DNA from: an uncultured delta proteobacterium
GTDB taxonomy: Bacteria > Desulfobacterota > Desulfuromonadia > Desulfuromonadales > BM103
Direction: 5' to 3'
Assembly (NCBI GenBank): GCA_963715335.1
Contig: CAVQRZ010000018.1
Coordinates: 1-48,311, forward strand
Length of the DNA: 48,311 bases
The notes beneath the pieces are model-generated. The model was not told the origin of the DNA. It saw nothing but the letters and a program-made list of their open reading frames with translations, and did not search any database. Positions 1 through 8,865 of the stretch are shown here, one piece after another (position 1 is the stretch's first letter; every line of letters begins with the position of its first letter). The position numbers were made by a program, and so were the translations under genes.

Positions 1-97
1 TTGTCAGCACCCTGAAAAAGCACAGCTCATCCATCCCTCTCCCCGTTCAGGGCTGCATTCGAACTCAACCAGGACCATATGAAAGACAGATCGATTT

Positions 98-858
98 TCA
101 GGCGACACCCAGAAACGGGTGGATTTGCGGGATAACCCGGACATCATGATGTTTTTCTGCGGCGACTTGCTGGAGTTTCAACAGGGCGCGGCCGCTTAGG
201 GCCGGACCGGTTGCCAGGGTCCGGGTTGCAGGATCAAGGGCGTTTGAGGCGCCTGTTGGCACACCAGCGCAGCTGCCTGCTGCACTTCTTCGTCCGGGGT
301 TGTCGAATCGACAACCAGCTTGACCTGGCAGAGCCGCTCTTTAGCAAGCTCCATGAACCGGGCATGGACGACCCATGGAGTCGTCACACCGGTTGTCGAA
401 GAGCCCTTGATATCCATGGAAATCATATCAATCATGGGCAGAACCATTTCAAGTTCCGCGACCAAAGTGCCGTTGGTTTCGAGCAACACCGGCAGCAGGG
501 CCCTGATCTCCGGCAGCCACTCCTTGAGAACTCCGGCATGCAGCAGGGGCTCGCCGCCTGTCAGCACGATCGAGTGATGGGTGGCGCTGCAGTCGTGCTG
601 CCACTCTGAGACCAGACGGGTGATATTGTTCAGGTCAACCGGGTTTTTATGACTCGAAAACTCTGCACTGCCGGGCGTTTTTTCGATCCGGCAGGTTGGC
701 CCCGGCTGGAACGGCGTGTCACAATAGGCACAGGCAAGGTTGCATTCTGCAAAACGCACGAAAACCTGCCGTGCGCCGATCAAGACGCCCTCGCCCTGCA
801 GAGAGGAGAAAACTTCTATCAGGGGAGCCTCAATCACGCGTGTAGCTGGCACATGCAT
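98..858 (-). CDS. queE: 7-carboxy-7-deazaguanine synthase (radical SAM); apparent 1-bp deletion near 221-225
   Basis: EVFSSLQGEG...FVRFAECNLACAYCDT (CxxxCxxC) and LTGGEPLL motifs; next to queD. The track ORF stops at 196, but the QueE-like C-terminus (RTLATGPALSGRALLKLQQVAAEKHHDVRVIPQIHPFLGVA*) continues in another frame to 98. Start uncertain. Confidence 0.9.
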
Positions 859-1201
859 TGTCCGATTCCCAGACATTGACACGTTCTACAGTGACATTGT
901 CACTATTCAGCGCTTCACCAAGCCGCTCAAACAGGTAGCGGCTGATATTTTCTGAGGACGGGCTGTTCAACTTGAAAGGCTCAAGGTCGTTGAGATACTT
1001 GTGGTCAAGTTCGTCAAGCAGTTGGTTGGTCCGTTTTTTGAGGATCTTGAAATCGATACCGAGGCCGGCATTATCAAGCGCCCTGGCCGCGACGGTAACT
1101 TCAACCCGCCAGTTGTGGCCATGCAGGTTTTCACAATCACCCTGGTAATTGATCAAATTATGGGCCGCGGCAAAAGACGTTTTTATCATCAAGTGATACA
1201 T
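830..1201 (-). CDS. queD: 6-carboxy-5,6,7,8-tetrahydropterin synthase
   Basis: FAAAHNL...CENLHGHNW, LDHKYLND, PSSENI and VWES motifs of the PTPS/QueD family. Confidence 0.95.
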   Translation of the reverse strand: MYHLMIKTSFAAAHNLINYQGDCENLHGHNWRVEVTVAARALDNAGLGIDFKILKKRTNQLLDELDHKYLNDLEPFKLNSPSSENISRYLFERLGEALNSDNVTVERVNVWESDNACASYTRD

Positions 1202-1204
1202 GAG

Positions 1205-1417
1205 TTATGACCTTTCAAAGTCCTGTTTTTTAATATTTAAATGGATAATATTGTCTTCTGAGAGTCCGTCCTGAGTCTTCCCGGCGACACGATAAGACTC
1301 GTCCGCCCAGCAGCCAAGATCAATCAGGCGGCAACGCTCGGAGCAAAACGGCCGGTCAGGGTTGCCCTGCCATGTGACCGGTTTTTTGCATTGCGGGCAT
1401 TTAATTTCAGCTTTCAT
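1205..1417 (-). CDS. yacG: DNA gyrase inhibitor YacG
   Basis: CPQCKK...[21 protein letters not shown] zinc-finger signature. Confidence 0.92.
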   Translation of the reverse strand: MKAEIKCPQCKKPVTWQGNPDRPFCSERCRLIDLGCWADESYRVAGKTQDGLSEDNIIHLNIKKQDFERS

Positions 1418-1490
1418 CGGTAAGACCCCACTCTGTAAACTAACACGACGGAATTCATTGGAGCAACACCATCAGGAAGATCCTCTCCTG

Positions 1491-2027
1491 TCAGAAGCCT
1501 GACCCAGGCTGTTTGAGAAACTCGATCTCTTCTGGCGCGGATTCCCTGCCAAGGGCAGCATTTCTGTGCGGATAACGACCGAATCGCTCAATAATGTTTT
1601 TATGTTTGACCTCGTATTCGTAACTACCCTCGATGCCGTTGTCGCTGAAGAGTCTCAGCGCAACCATATGGATGGGCAAAGATTCGCTATGCATATAAGG
1701 CATGTAGAGAAAATTCCGTTCGATCCGCGTCAGCAACTTGTCCGCGCCGACGGATACGGCTTCCTGGGCAAGCGCCAAAGCCAGGGAGTCAAAGGCAAAA
1801 GCCAGGTGTGAGCCCCTGAACATATTTCTTGAGAATTGGTCCAGTATTATGATTTCAGCCAACCTGCCCTGCGCTACAGCCCTCCAGGGATAGAGCTCGC
1901 AGCGGCAGGCCTGGCCATGGACGCCTGAAAAACGATCGGTTATCAATCGATCCAGCCCTGCATCCTTGATCCACCATTGCTTCGGCTCAAGTTCATCGAA
2001 CCAGAAACTCAGGACATCTTTATACAT
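1491..2027 (-). CDS. DUF924 family protein
   Basis: VLSFWF, LAEIIILDQFSRNMFR, FLYMPYMHSE and IIERFGRYPHRNAALGR motifs; AAGGAG RBS before the ATG at 2027. Confidence 0.9.
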   Translation of the reverse strand: MYKDVLSFWFDELEPKQWWIKDAGLDRLITDRFSGVHGQACRCELYPWRAVAQGRLAEIIILDQFSRNMFRGSHLAFAFDSLALALAQEAVSVGADKLLTRIERNFLYMPYMHSESLPIHMVALRLFSDNGIEGSYEYEVKHKNIIERFGRYPHRNAALGRESAPEEIEFLKQPGSGF

Positions 2028-2133
2028 GTTCAACTCCTTGTTGCATGCTGGATAAGCTTGCCGACATGCTCCTGACCCACCGGCATTACATCGTCTCCGG
2101 GCATGTCGACGCTTTATTTCAATGATCCCAGCA

Positions 2134-3363
2134 CTACAGGAAAAAGGCAACCAAGATACTGGCCAATACGCACCAAAGAACAACAAACAGGGCCGACATG
2201 CGCCAGACAAAGAGGAACACAAAACCGACCAGGGCAATCAATATGTCACTGAGCCTGTAGACAGCGCTGACCCAGATCGGATCGTAGAGGGCCGCGGCAA
2301 GGATCCCGACCACTGAGGCATTAATTCCTGCTATCAAGCGTGCCGACGCCGGGTATGCGGAGAATGTGTGCCAAAGCGGCAAAGCGGAAGATACGAGCAA
2401 AAAGCCAGGCAGGAAAATCGCCGCCAGGGCGACTCCCGCGCCCACAAGTCCGCCACTGCTCCCCGGCAGATGAGCGCCAAGATAGGCAGACAGGCTGAAC
2501 ATCGGCCCGGGAACAGCCTGTGCCGCCCCGTAGCCGGCCATAAAATCGCTCTTGGCCAACCACCCCGGGCCGACCAGGGCCTGTTCGAGAAATGGCAGCA
2601 CAACGTGACCACCACCGAAGACCAGTGCGCCGGCGCGGTAAAATGCCTCGAAAACTGCAAAGAGCGGGTGACTGCCGAGCGCAAGCAAAGGCAGGCAGAG
2701 TAGCAACAACATGAAGAAAGCCAGGAGTGACCACCCGGTTTTTCGGCCATAGTGCACCGGCAAAGGGCTTTCGGCAAGAGCCTTTCCATCCTGAAGCAGC
2801 ACCAGCCCCAGGAACGCACCGACCAGGATGGCGACAATCTGCAGCCATGCGCCACCGCCAATCGTTACCAGGACAGCGGCAAAAACAGCAATGACCCTGC
2901 GGCTCGTATCCGTGCAGAGCTTGCTGGCCATGCCCAGGAGACCGTGTGCTACAACCACCAGGGCGACCAACTTGAGGCCATGAATCGCTGCACTCCCAAT
3001 TGGGCCGGAAAGCTGCGGAGCGACCAGAGCAAACAGGAACAAAAGCAGTGCGGAAGGCAAGGTAAATGAAACAAAGGCTGCCAGAGCACCGACCCAGCCA
3101 CTCCTCAGCAAGCCAAGACAGAAGCCAAGTTGACTGCTTGCCGGACCGGGCAGGAACTGGCAGATGGCCAACAGTTGCGCAAACTGGCCATCGTTGACCC
3201 ATTGCCGTTTCTCGACAAACTCGTTGCGGAAATAACCGAGATGCGCAATCGGCCCGCCAAATGACGTCAAACCAAGCTTCAGGAAGGCAGTAAAGACTTC
3301 TGAGACCGCATGGCGGCCAGCGGGGGAGACCACACTATATCGTTTTGGTTTCATCAAAGGCAT
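2134..3363 (-). CDS. chrA: chromate efflux transporter (long-chain CHR family)
   Basis: FLKLGLTSFGGPIAHLGYF, CQFLPGPASSQ, GALVFGGGHVVLP and AQAVPGPMF motifs. Confidence 0.92.
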   Translation of the reverse strand: MPLMKPKRYSVVSPAGRHAVSEVFTAFLKLGLTSFGGPIAHLGYFRNEFVEKRQWVNDGQFAQLLAICQFLPGPASSQLGFCLGLLRSGWVGALAAFVSFTLPSALLLFLFALVAPQLSGPIGSAAIHGLKLVALVVVAHGLLGMASKLCTDTSRRVIAVFAAVLVTIGGGAWLQIVAILVGAFLGLVLLQDGKALAESPLPVHYGRKTGWSLLAFFMLLLLCLPLLALGSHPLFAVFEAFYRAGALVFGGGHVVLPFLEQALVGPGWLAKSDFMAGYGAAQAVPGPMFSLSAYLGAHLPGSSGGLVGAGVALAAIFLPGFLLVSSALPLWHTFSAYPASARLIAGINASVVGILAAALYDPIWVSAVYRLSDILIALVGFVFLFVWRMSALFVVLWCVLASILVAFFL

Positions 3364-3431
3364 ATTGACTCAACAAAAAAGCACCGGGCTGGTGCTATTC
3401 TACTTCAGCTTGCGAACCTTACGCGTATCAA

Positions 3432-3566
3432 TCAAAAAGGCTGCGAAAACAAGATCCGACTATTTGAACTATTGTTGTTGGCATTAACATCCACCCCGAC
3501 TTTTGGCTTGCCTGTACAGGCAGAAGCCAACAACAGGATTATTACAAACAGAAGCAGCCTCGGCAT
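3432..3566 (-). CDS. small putative lipoprotein (44 aa)
   Basis: MPRLLLFVIILLLASA-C is a basic plus hydrophobic signal with a lipobox-like LASAC; purine-rich RBS (AAGGGGTGAG) upstream. Confidence 0.6.
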   Translation of the reverse strand: MPRLLLFVIILLLASACTGKPKVGVDVNANNNSSNSRILFSQPF

Positions 3567-3636
3567 AATTCTCACCCCTTGTACAGGCTTGAATTTTACA
3601 AACTTATCGGGATGGCGCAACCTCCATCAAGCTTGC

Positions 3637-3669
3637 AAAAGAAGAGGCTGGTCTTTACAGACCAGCCTC
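3637..3669 (-). terminator. rho-independent terminator
   Basis: GAGGCTGGTCT-TTAC-AGACCAGCCTC hairpin, followed on the minus strand by TTCTTTT. Confidence 0.75.
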
Positions 3670-3678
3670 GTATGTGTT

Positions 3679-3704
3679 TGGCGCGGGAAACGGGATTCGA
3701 CCCG
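3679..3704 (-). repeat. degenerate copy of the tRNA-Gly(CCC) 3' end (att-like direct repeat)
   Basis: TGGCGCGGGAAACGGGATTCGA-CCCG versus TGGAGCGGGAAACGGGATTCGAACCCG at 5249-5275: one mismatch and one gap. Confidence 0.8.
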
Positions 3705-3712
3705 TAAACAGG

Positions 3713-4903
3713 TTAAAGGACAGATTTAAGCGCTTCGCAGAGCCTGTCGATATTGTCGCGCGTCAATCCGGCGACATTGATACGACCGGAATCAACGATA
3801 TAGATCGAGTACTTCTCGCGTAGTTGTGTAACCTGCTCCTTGGTCAGACGGGTGACACTGAACATGCCGCACTGCTCTATGATCGGTGAGAAGTCCTGTT
3901 TAAGACCCTTCTCTTTGAGGGTCTTTACCAGTAAATGACGCATCTCGTTGATCCGATTGCGAATATCGGCGACTTCCTCGATCCATTGGGCCCTGAGCTG
4001 TTTGTCGCTCAATATGGTGGCCACGATCTGACCGCCATGCGAGGGAGGGTTCGAATAGTTGTAGCGGATGCGCAGTTTGACCTGGCTCATGACCGTGGCA
4101 GCCTGCTCAGCGTTGTCAGCGACGACCGTCAGGGCGCCGGTTCTTTCGCGATAAAGGCCAAAGTTTTTCGAGAAGCTCGAAGAGATCAGCATCTGCTTGA
4201 CCTTTTTGGTCAATTCGAGCAACCCGGCGCGATCTTCCTCAATGCCGGCGGCCAGGCCCTGGTAGGCGAAATCGACCAGGGGCAGAACGCCCTGTTTGGC
4301 AAGCAGGTCGCCGATCTTGGCCCACTGCTCCGGGGTCGGGTCGATACCGGTCGGGTTGTGGCAGCAGCCGTGCAGCAGGATAATGTCACCTTTCGGGATC
4401 GTCTTGATCGACGCGCACATGGCGGCGAAATCGAGCCCATTGGTCACAGGATCACGGTAGTCGTATTTTTTACAGGTCATTCCGGCCGCTTCGAAGATGG
4501 TGCCATGGTTGGCCCAGGTCGGATTGCTCAGCCAGATCTTGGCGTCGGGATGCAGGGTGTGCAGGTAGTCGCCGGCCACCCGCAAGGCTCCGGTGCCGCC
4601 AGGACATTGCGCAGTTGCGGCACGCTTGCTAGCGATGATTTCATGCCCTTCGCCAAATAGCAGCTCCTGTACCTGTGCGCAGTAGACCGGTTCACCTGTC
4701 ATCGGCAGGTAACCTTTGGAATTTTCCTGTGCGAGGATGCGTTTTTCTGCTTCTTTCACCGTTGCCAGGACCGGAGTCTTGCCATGAGCATCTTGATACA
4801 CGCCAACGGTAAGATTGATCTTGTCGGGGTTGGGGTCCGCTTTGAACATCTCGGTCAAGCCGAGAATCGGATCTGGGGGAGCGATTTGAACATTTTCGAA
4901 CAT
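3713..4903 (-). CDS. aspC: aspartate/aromatic amino acid aminotransferase (AspC/TyrB family)
   Basis: APPDPILGL, KINLTVGVY, LLHGCCHNPTG, DFAYQG, SFSKNFGLYRERTG (PLP lysine) and GRINVAG motifs. Confidence 0.93.
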   Translation of the reverse strand: MFENVQIAPPDPILGLTEMFKADPNPDKINLTVGVYQDAHGKTPVLATVKEAEKRILAQENSKGYLPMTGEPVYCAQVQELLFGEGHEIIASKRAATAQCPGGTGALRVAGDYLHTLHPDAKIWLSNPTWANHGTIFEAAGMTCKKYDYRDPVTNGLDFAAMCASIKTIPKGDIILLHGCCHNPTGIDPTPEQWAKIGDLLAKQGVLPLVDFAYQGLAAGIEEDRAGLLELTKKVKQMLISSSFSKNFGLYRERTGALTVVADNAEQAATVMSQVKLRIRYNYSNPPSHGGQIVATILSDKQLRAQWIEEVADIRNRINEMRHLLVKTLKEKGLKQDFSPIIEQCGMFSVTRLTKEQVTQLREKYSIYIVDSGRINVAGLTRDNIDRLCEALKSVL

Positions 4904-5210
4904 TGCGGATAACCTTTCTCAATATAGAGTGTTGATCGGCTAAAAACCGATCCATAAGCTTGGCAAGCTGCCGACAAAATCTGAACGCTGGCTAATAACA
5001 AGCGATTTTCAGCTTCTTCTACCTTAAGCGACTGACCAAGTCAAACCTAAAACCTCGCAGCAACCTGGAACCGTTATCATTGTCGCAACCGTCATCCCTG
5101 CCGCCTGGTCTCAACAGCGATTCAGGAGCTGAATAATCCCGGATATCGCTGCAGTGCCGCGAAATAAAGCGTATTCAACAGCCCGCATATCCCGAGTAGG
5201 GACTGCAGAC

Positions 5211-5243
5211 AAAAAAAGGTCGGGCAATCAGCCCAACCTTTTG
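5211..5243 (-). terminator. rho-independent terminator after tRNA-Gly
   Basis: AAAAAAAGGTCGGGC-AATCA-GCCCAACCTTTT hairpin with a U-tract on the minus strand. Confidence 0.7.
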
Positions 5244-5248
5244 TTTTT

Positions 5249-5323
<75 letters not shown>

Positions 5324-5335
5324 GAATGAAGGGTG

Positions 5336-5365
5336 ATTATAGGGTCCAGAAAATTGCCTTGTCAA
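5336..5365 (-). promoter_or_regulatory. sigma70 promoter for tRNA-Gly(CCC)
   Basis: TTGACA-N18-TATAAT on the minus strand, 12 nt upstream of the tRNA. Confidence 0.75.
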
Positions 5366-6675
5366 TCGATATTCTTACAATGCTGCACGAGATATGCTTG
5401 GGCACTTTCTATGCTGTCAACCCGGCCTGAAATCTCAGCGTTTCTAAGAAGCTCCAGGGCTCGCGATATTTCGGGCCCAGCCGGCAGACCGAGTTCATGC
5501 TGCAACCAGTGACCATCGACCAGCACTTTGGGCGGCTGATCGCCAAGCGTGTCAACAACCGGCACCCAACTGCAGATCAATTCGTTGTTGGAGCCGTCCT
5601 GCAAGGCCCCGAAGGCCGCAAGCGCCAGGAGCCATAGCTTTGGCTCGATCCGATAAGCGTGCGCCCACCAGGCGAATGCGCGCGGCACCTGGCTGACCTT
5701 ATCCAGCTCTTTCAAGGTCTCTTCACCAATGCTGGAGAGGGCTTTCACGCAGGCCTTCGCCTTGCGGCTCAGCAGCCACTCTTCGGCGAGTTGACCCGGC
5801 AAGTCACGGTCCAACCGGGCGAGGAGCATCGCCCAGAGCAAAAGCGTTTCGCAGCTGAGGCCCTGTTCAACTTCACGCGCCAACCAAACCCTGACCACCG
5901 GTTGTTGCAATGCCAGGTTGCTCCAGCAGTTCCTGACCACGGCCAGCGACTCGGCAAGATCACCAGACCGACCTGAATAGACATTCCCGAACAGGTAGTT
6001 ACCGGCCAAGCTCTCGGCAAGCAGGTGAAGGCCCCTCGCGGCATCCTCACTGGCCAGAATCTTCCAAACTTCCTGGCGGATCCGCTCTGGGGCGACTCGA
6101 TAGAGCGCGGTTATCTCGGCCTGCATACAATCGAGCGTGATATCCTCTATGCGAAGCCCGAGAGCCGTTGCGTGCCGGACGCCTTTGACTATACGCAGTG
6201 GGTCATTGATGAAGGCATCTTTGGAGACCATCCGCAGCACGTCCTGCTGCAGGTCTTCCATGCCACCGACCGGATCAACGAGGGGGGTTGTCGTAAGCTC
6301 TGACGACAGGCAGAGCGCCATCGCATTGATCGTGAAATCCCGGTCAAAGAGATCGAGGTCAAGCGATGCAGCCCTGAATGGCGCAAAATCGAAGACGGGA
6401 CACAGCTCGGCGTGGCTAAAGACAACCCGGCTCTGCTTGCGCTCTTGATCAAGCCAGAACCAATGTCCGCCGTGTACCTTTGCAAACGACTTTGCCAACC
6501 CTGTCGGGTCTTCAGGAAAGATCAAATCGACATCCTGGACCGGAAGGCCAAGCAGGGCATCTCGAACCGCACCTCCCACGACAAAAGCCTCTCTGTCATT
6601 GCAGAAAGCGATCAGTCTGTCGAAAAAAGGCAGGTTCTTCAGGCCGAAGGCAAGTCTGTCTGTATCAACAAGCAT
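5362..6675 (-). CDS. class II tRNA nucleotidyltransferase / poly(A) polymerase family protein
   Basis: VVGGAVRDALLG..DVD, DRDFTINAMA, DPLRI and APERIRQEVWKIL motifs; start placed at MLVDT (uncertain). Confidence 0.85.
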   Translation of the reverse strand: MLVDTDRLAFGLKNLPFFDRLIAFCNDREAFVVGGAVRDALLGLPVQDVDLIFPEDPTGLAKSFAKVHGGHWFWLDQERKQSRVVFSHAELCPVFDFAPFRAASLDLDLFDRDFTINAMALCLSSELTTTPLVDPVGGMEDLQQDVLRMVSKDAFINDPLRIVKGVRHATALGLRIEDITLDCMQAEITALYRVAPERIRQEVWKILASEDAARGLHLLAESLAGNYLFGNVYSGRSGDLAESLAVVRNCWSNLALQQPVVRVWLAREVEQGLSCETLLLWAMLLARLDRDLPGQLAEEWLLSRKAKACVKALSSIGEETLKELDKVSQVPRAFAWWAHAYRIEPKLWLLALAAFGALQDGSNNELICSWVPVVDTLGDQPPKVLVDGHWLQHELGLPAGPEISRALELLRNAEISGRVDSIESAQAYLVQHCKNID

Positions 6676-6854
6676 AAGTGCATCCCCGAGATCATTGCGC
6701 CTACTCCAAAAGAATAGAGCCCATCGCAATGCTGCGCAACTGCAAACCGGATGATTATAAGGTCGACCTTGTACGGGGAAAAGCATAAGATGTGCAGCTG
6801 TCGGAACATCACGACCCAACAACAGGATGTACGCTTTCATCGGTAGCGAAGACC

Positions 6855-7748
6855 ATGCTCTTTATCCAAGTCATACTCCCGGTATTCCTGATAGCAGCCG
6901 TTGGATACATTTTTGAGCGCAGGTCAGAAGTCGACATCCGCTCACTGGCGAACGGCGCTCTGTACCTGTTTGCTCCGTCGCTGGTCTTTTCGGCGTTGGT
7001 TAAAAGTACCGTTGCAACCGACCTGCTGGGAACCCTTTCAGCGTTCATGCTCGCTTATACCTTGCTGATGTATGCCCTGGCTTTCTGCGTTGCCCGTTTC
7101 TGCAGGTTCGACAACGACACGACCCGCGCTTTAACTCTGACGACCTCGATGGCGAATATCGGCAACTTTGGCTTGCCCCTGGTCTTCTTCGCCTACGGTG
7201 AAGCGGCGCTCGATATCTCGATCGTTGTGTTTGTTCTGTTCAACATCCCCTTAAGCACCCTGGCGATCATCATTGCCCAGGGCCAGGGGGTAAAGTGGCA
7301 TCAGGCAATTCACAACATGCTGAAAATCCCGATATTCTATGCTGTCGCTTTGGCACTACTCTGCAAGGTCCTGGGTTGGCAGATGCCCGGGTTCATTTTG
7401 CGGTCAACGGAACTGCTTGGACAGGCAGCAATCCCTGTTATGCTGATCCTGCTCGGCGTGCAATTGTCACGATCGAAAATAACTCAAGGGTGGGGGTTTT
7501 TTGGTCTGGCCACGTCGATTCGCCTGCTGGTCGGGCCGCTGGTCGCCATCGCACTCGTCTCGCTTTTCGGGCTTGACGGCCTTACGCGCAAGGTCCTGAT
7601 TCTGCAAACCAGCACGCCATCAGCGGTCATGCCTCTGCTCTACTGCCTGCGCTTTGGCACTCGACCCGATCTCGTATCAGGCACGATACTGACAAGTACG
7701 CTCTGCAGTGCGTTGACCTTGACCGTTCTGCTGTACTGGTTAGGTTAG
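6855..7748 (+). CDS. AEC (auxin efflux carrier) family transporter
   Basis: About 10 hydrophobic segments; PSLVF, NIGNFGLPLVFFAYG, LGQAAIPVMLILLGVQL and TPSAV motifs. Confidence 0.88.
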   Translation: MLFIQVILPVFLIAAVGYIFERRSEVDIRSLANGALYLFAPSLVFSALVKSTVATDLLGTLSAFMLAYTLLMYALAFCVARFCRFDNDTTRALTLTTSMANIGNFGLPLVFFAYGEAALDISIVVFVLFNIPLSTLAIIIAQGQGVKWHQAIHNMLKIPIFYAVALALLCKVLGWQMPGFILRSTELLGQAAIPVMLILLGVQLSRSKITQGWGFFGLATSIRLLVGPLVAIALVSLFGLDGLTRKVLILQTSTPSAVMPLLYCLRFGTRPDLVSGTILTSTLCSALTLTVLLYWLG

Positions 7749-8740
7749 TGGACGACGCGGGAGGCGACTGACAACGTCTGGATCGGGACCTTGAGACCAA
7801 GTTCCCTGGCCACTTTAAGATTGATCACGAAGGAAATGTCATGAGGTTTGTGCATGGGGATCTGGTTGACATCCGTCCCGGAAATCACTTGCCTGGCCAT
7901 TTCTGCCAGTTTTTCACCCTGCTCCAGCGCAGACGTCTCAAGAACCATGAAGGCTCCATTGTCGGCAGCACCGGCAAGCTGTGTAATCACCGGGATCTTG
8001 CGAGCATTAGTGTAGCCGAGGACGAAATCAAGCTGAGCTTGGTAATGTTCGCTACTGGCGACAAAAACCCCGTCGATATCATCCGGCAGAGTTCCTAGCG
8101 AAGACAGGTAATTATGTGAATCACCGACACCCGCGGAGAACACAACAATGCCCTTGCGTTTGCTACTTTCTTCCAGGGTACGCTTCTGCAGCAAGGCCTC
8201 CGGGCTGTGGATATCGTAGAGAATTCCCAATTTCCGCACTTCCACTGTATCGGTGAAATACTTGAACAACCCCTGAACCGGTGCATCGCCACGAATGCCG
8301 GTCATGTTGCGGCCGTTCATGGTCTTGGCGGAGATTATCTCGAGGCCAACGGGGTCATATACATCGACATAAAGAGTTGGGACCGGTGGAACTTCTGCCT
8401 GTGCGGCAATGGTTGCCAGAGGGCCATAGGCCACAATTAACCCAGCTCCCAACGCAATAGCTTTTCTAACACTGTTGCGTAGGGACATGATGTCAGCATT
8501 GGGAGTCTGCACATAAATCCGGCAATCCTTGCTACAAAAATCACTGACATTTTTGACAAAAACCGCATGGATATCATGGTAACGCGGCTGCGAATTAGCC
8601 ATAACAACGGCTATCAGACGTTCCTCAGCAGCAGCTTTGGATGAGCACCAAAGCCCGCACAAACCAATGATCATCAGAGCGGACAGAAGCAAACGCCTCA
8701 AGAAGTCCCCCCAGGTTCGGTCAAGTGGAGCTGAATACAT
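7745..8740 (-). CDS. ABC_sub_bind-type periplasmic substrate-binding protein
   Basis: Signal peptide; VYDPVGL..GRNMTGI, KLGILYD and FVINLKVARELGLKVP motifs. Confidence 0.8.
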   Translation of the reverse strand: MYSAPLDRTWGDFLRRLLLSALMIIGLCGLWCSSKAAAEERLIAVVMANSQPRYHDIHAVFVKNVSDFCSKDCRIYVQTPNADIMSLRNSVRKAIALGAGLIVAYGPLATIAAQAEVPPVPTLYVDVYDPVGLEIISAKTMNGRNMTGIRGDAPVQGLFKYFTDTVEVRKLGILYDIHSPEALLQKRTLEESSKRKGIVVFSAGVGDSHNYLSSLGTLPDDIDGVFVASSEHYQAQLDFVLGYTNARKIPVITQLAGAADNGAFMVLETSALEQGEKLAEMARQVISGTDVNQIPMHKPHDISFVINLKVARELGLKVPIQTLSVASRVVH

Positions 8741-8865
8741 GACCCCAAAACCCTATATTAGAAATAAACGCGCCGTTGCCACGCGAACGGTTGACAGGTA
8801 AAAAATCGCACGAACACAAGCAATATGCAAGAAATGTAAAAAATTAACAACCATTCCGTAAAAAT

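Noticed and set aside
3679..3704. Additional tRNA gene
   Set aside because: Only the T-arm and acceptor 3' half are present; there is no D-arm or anticodon arm.
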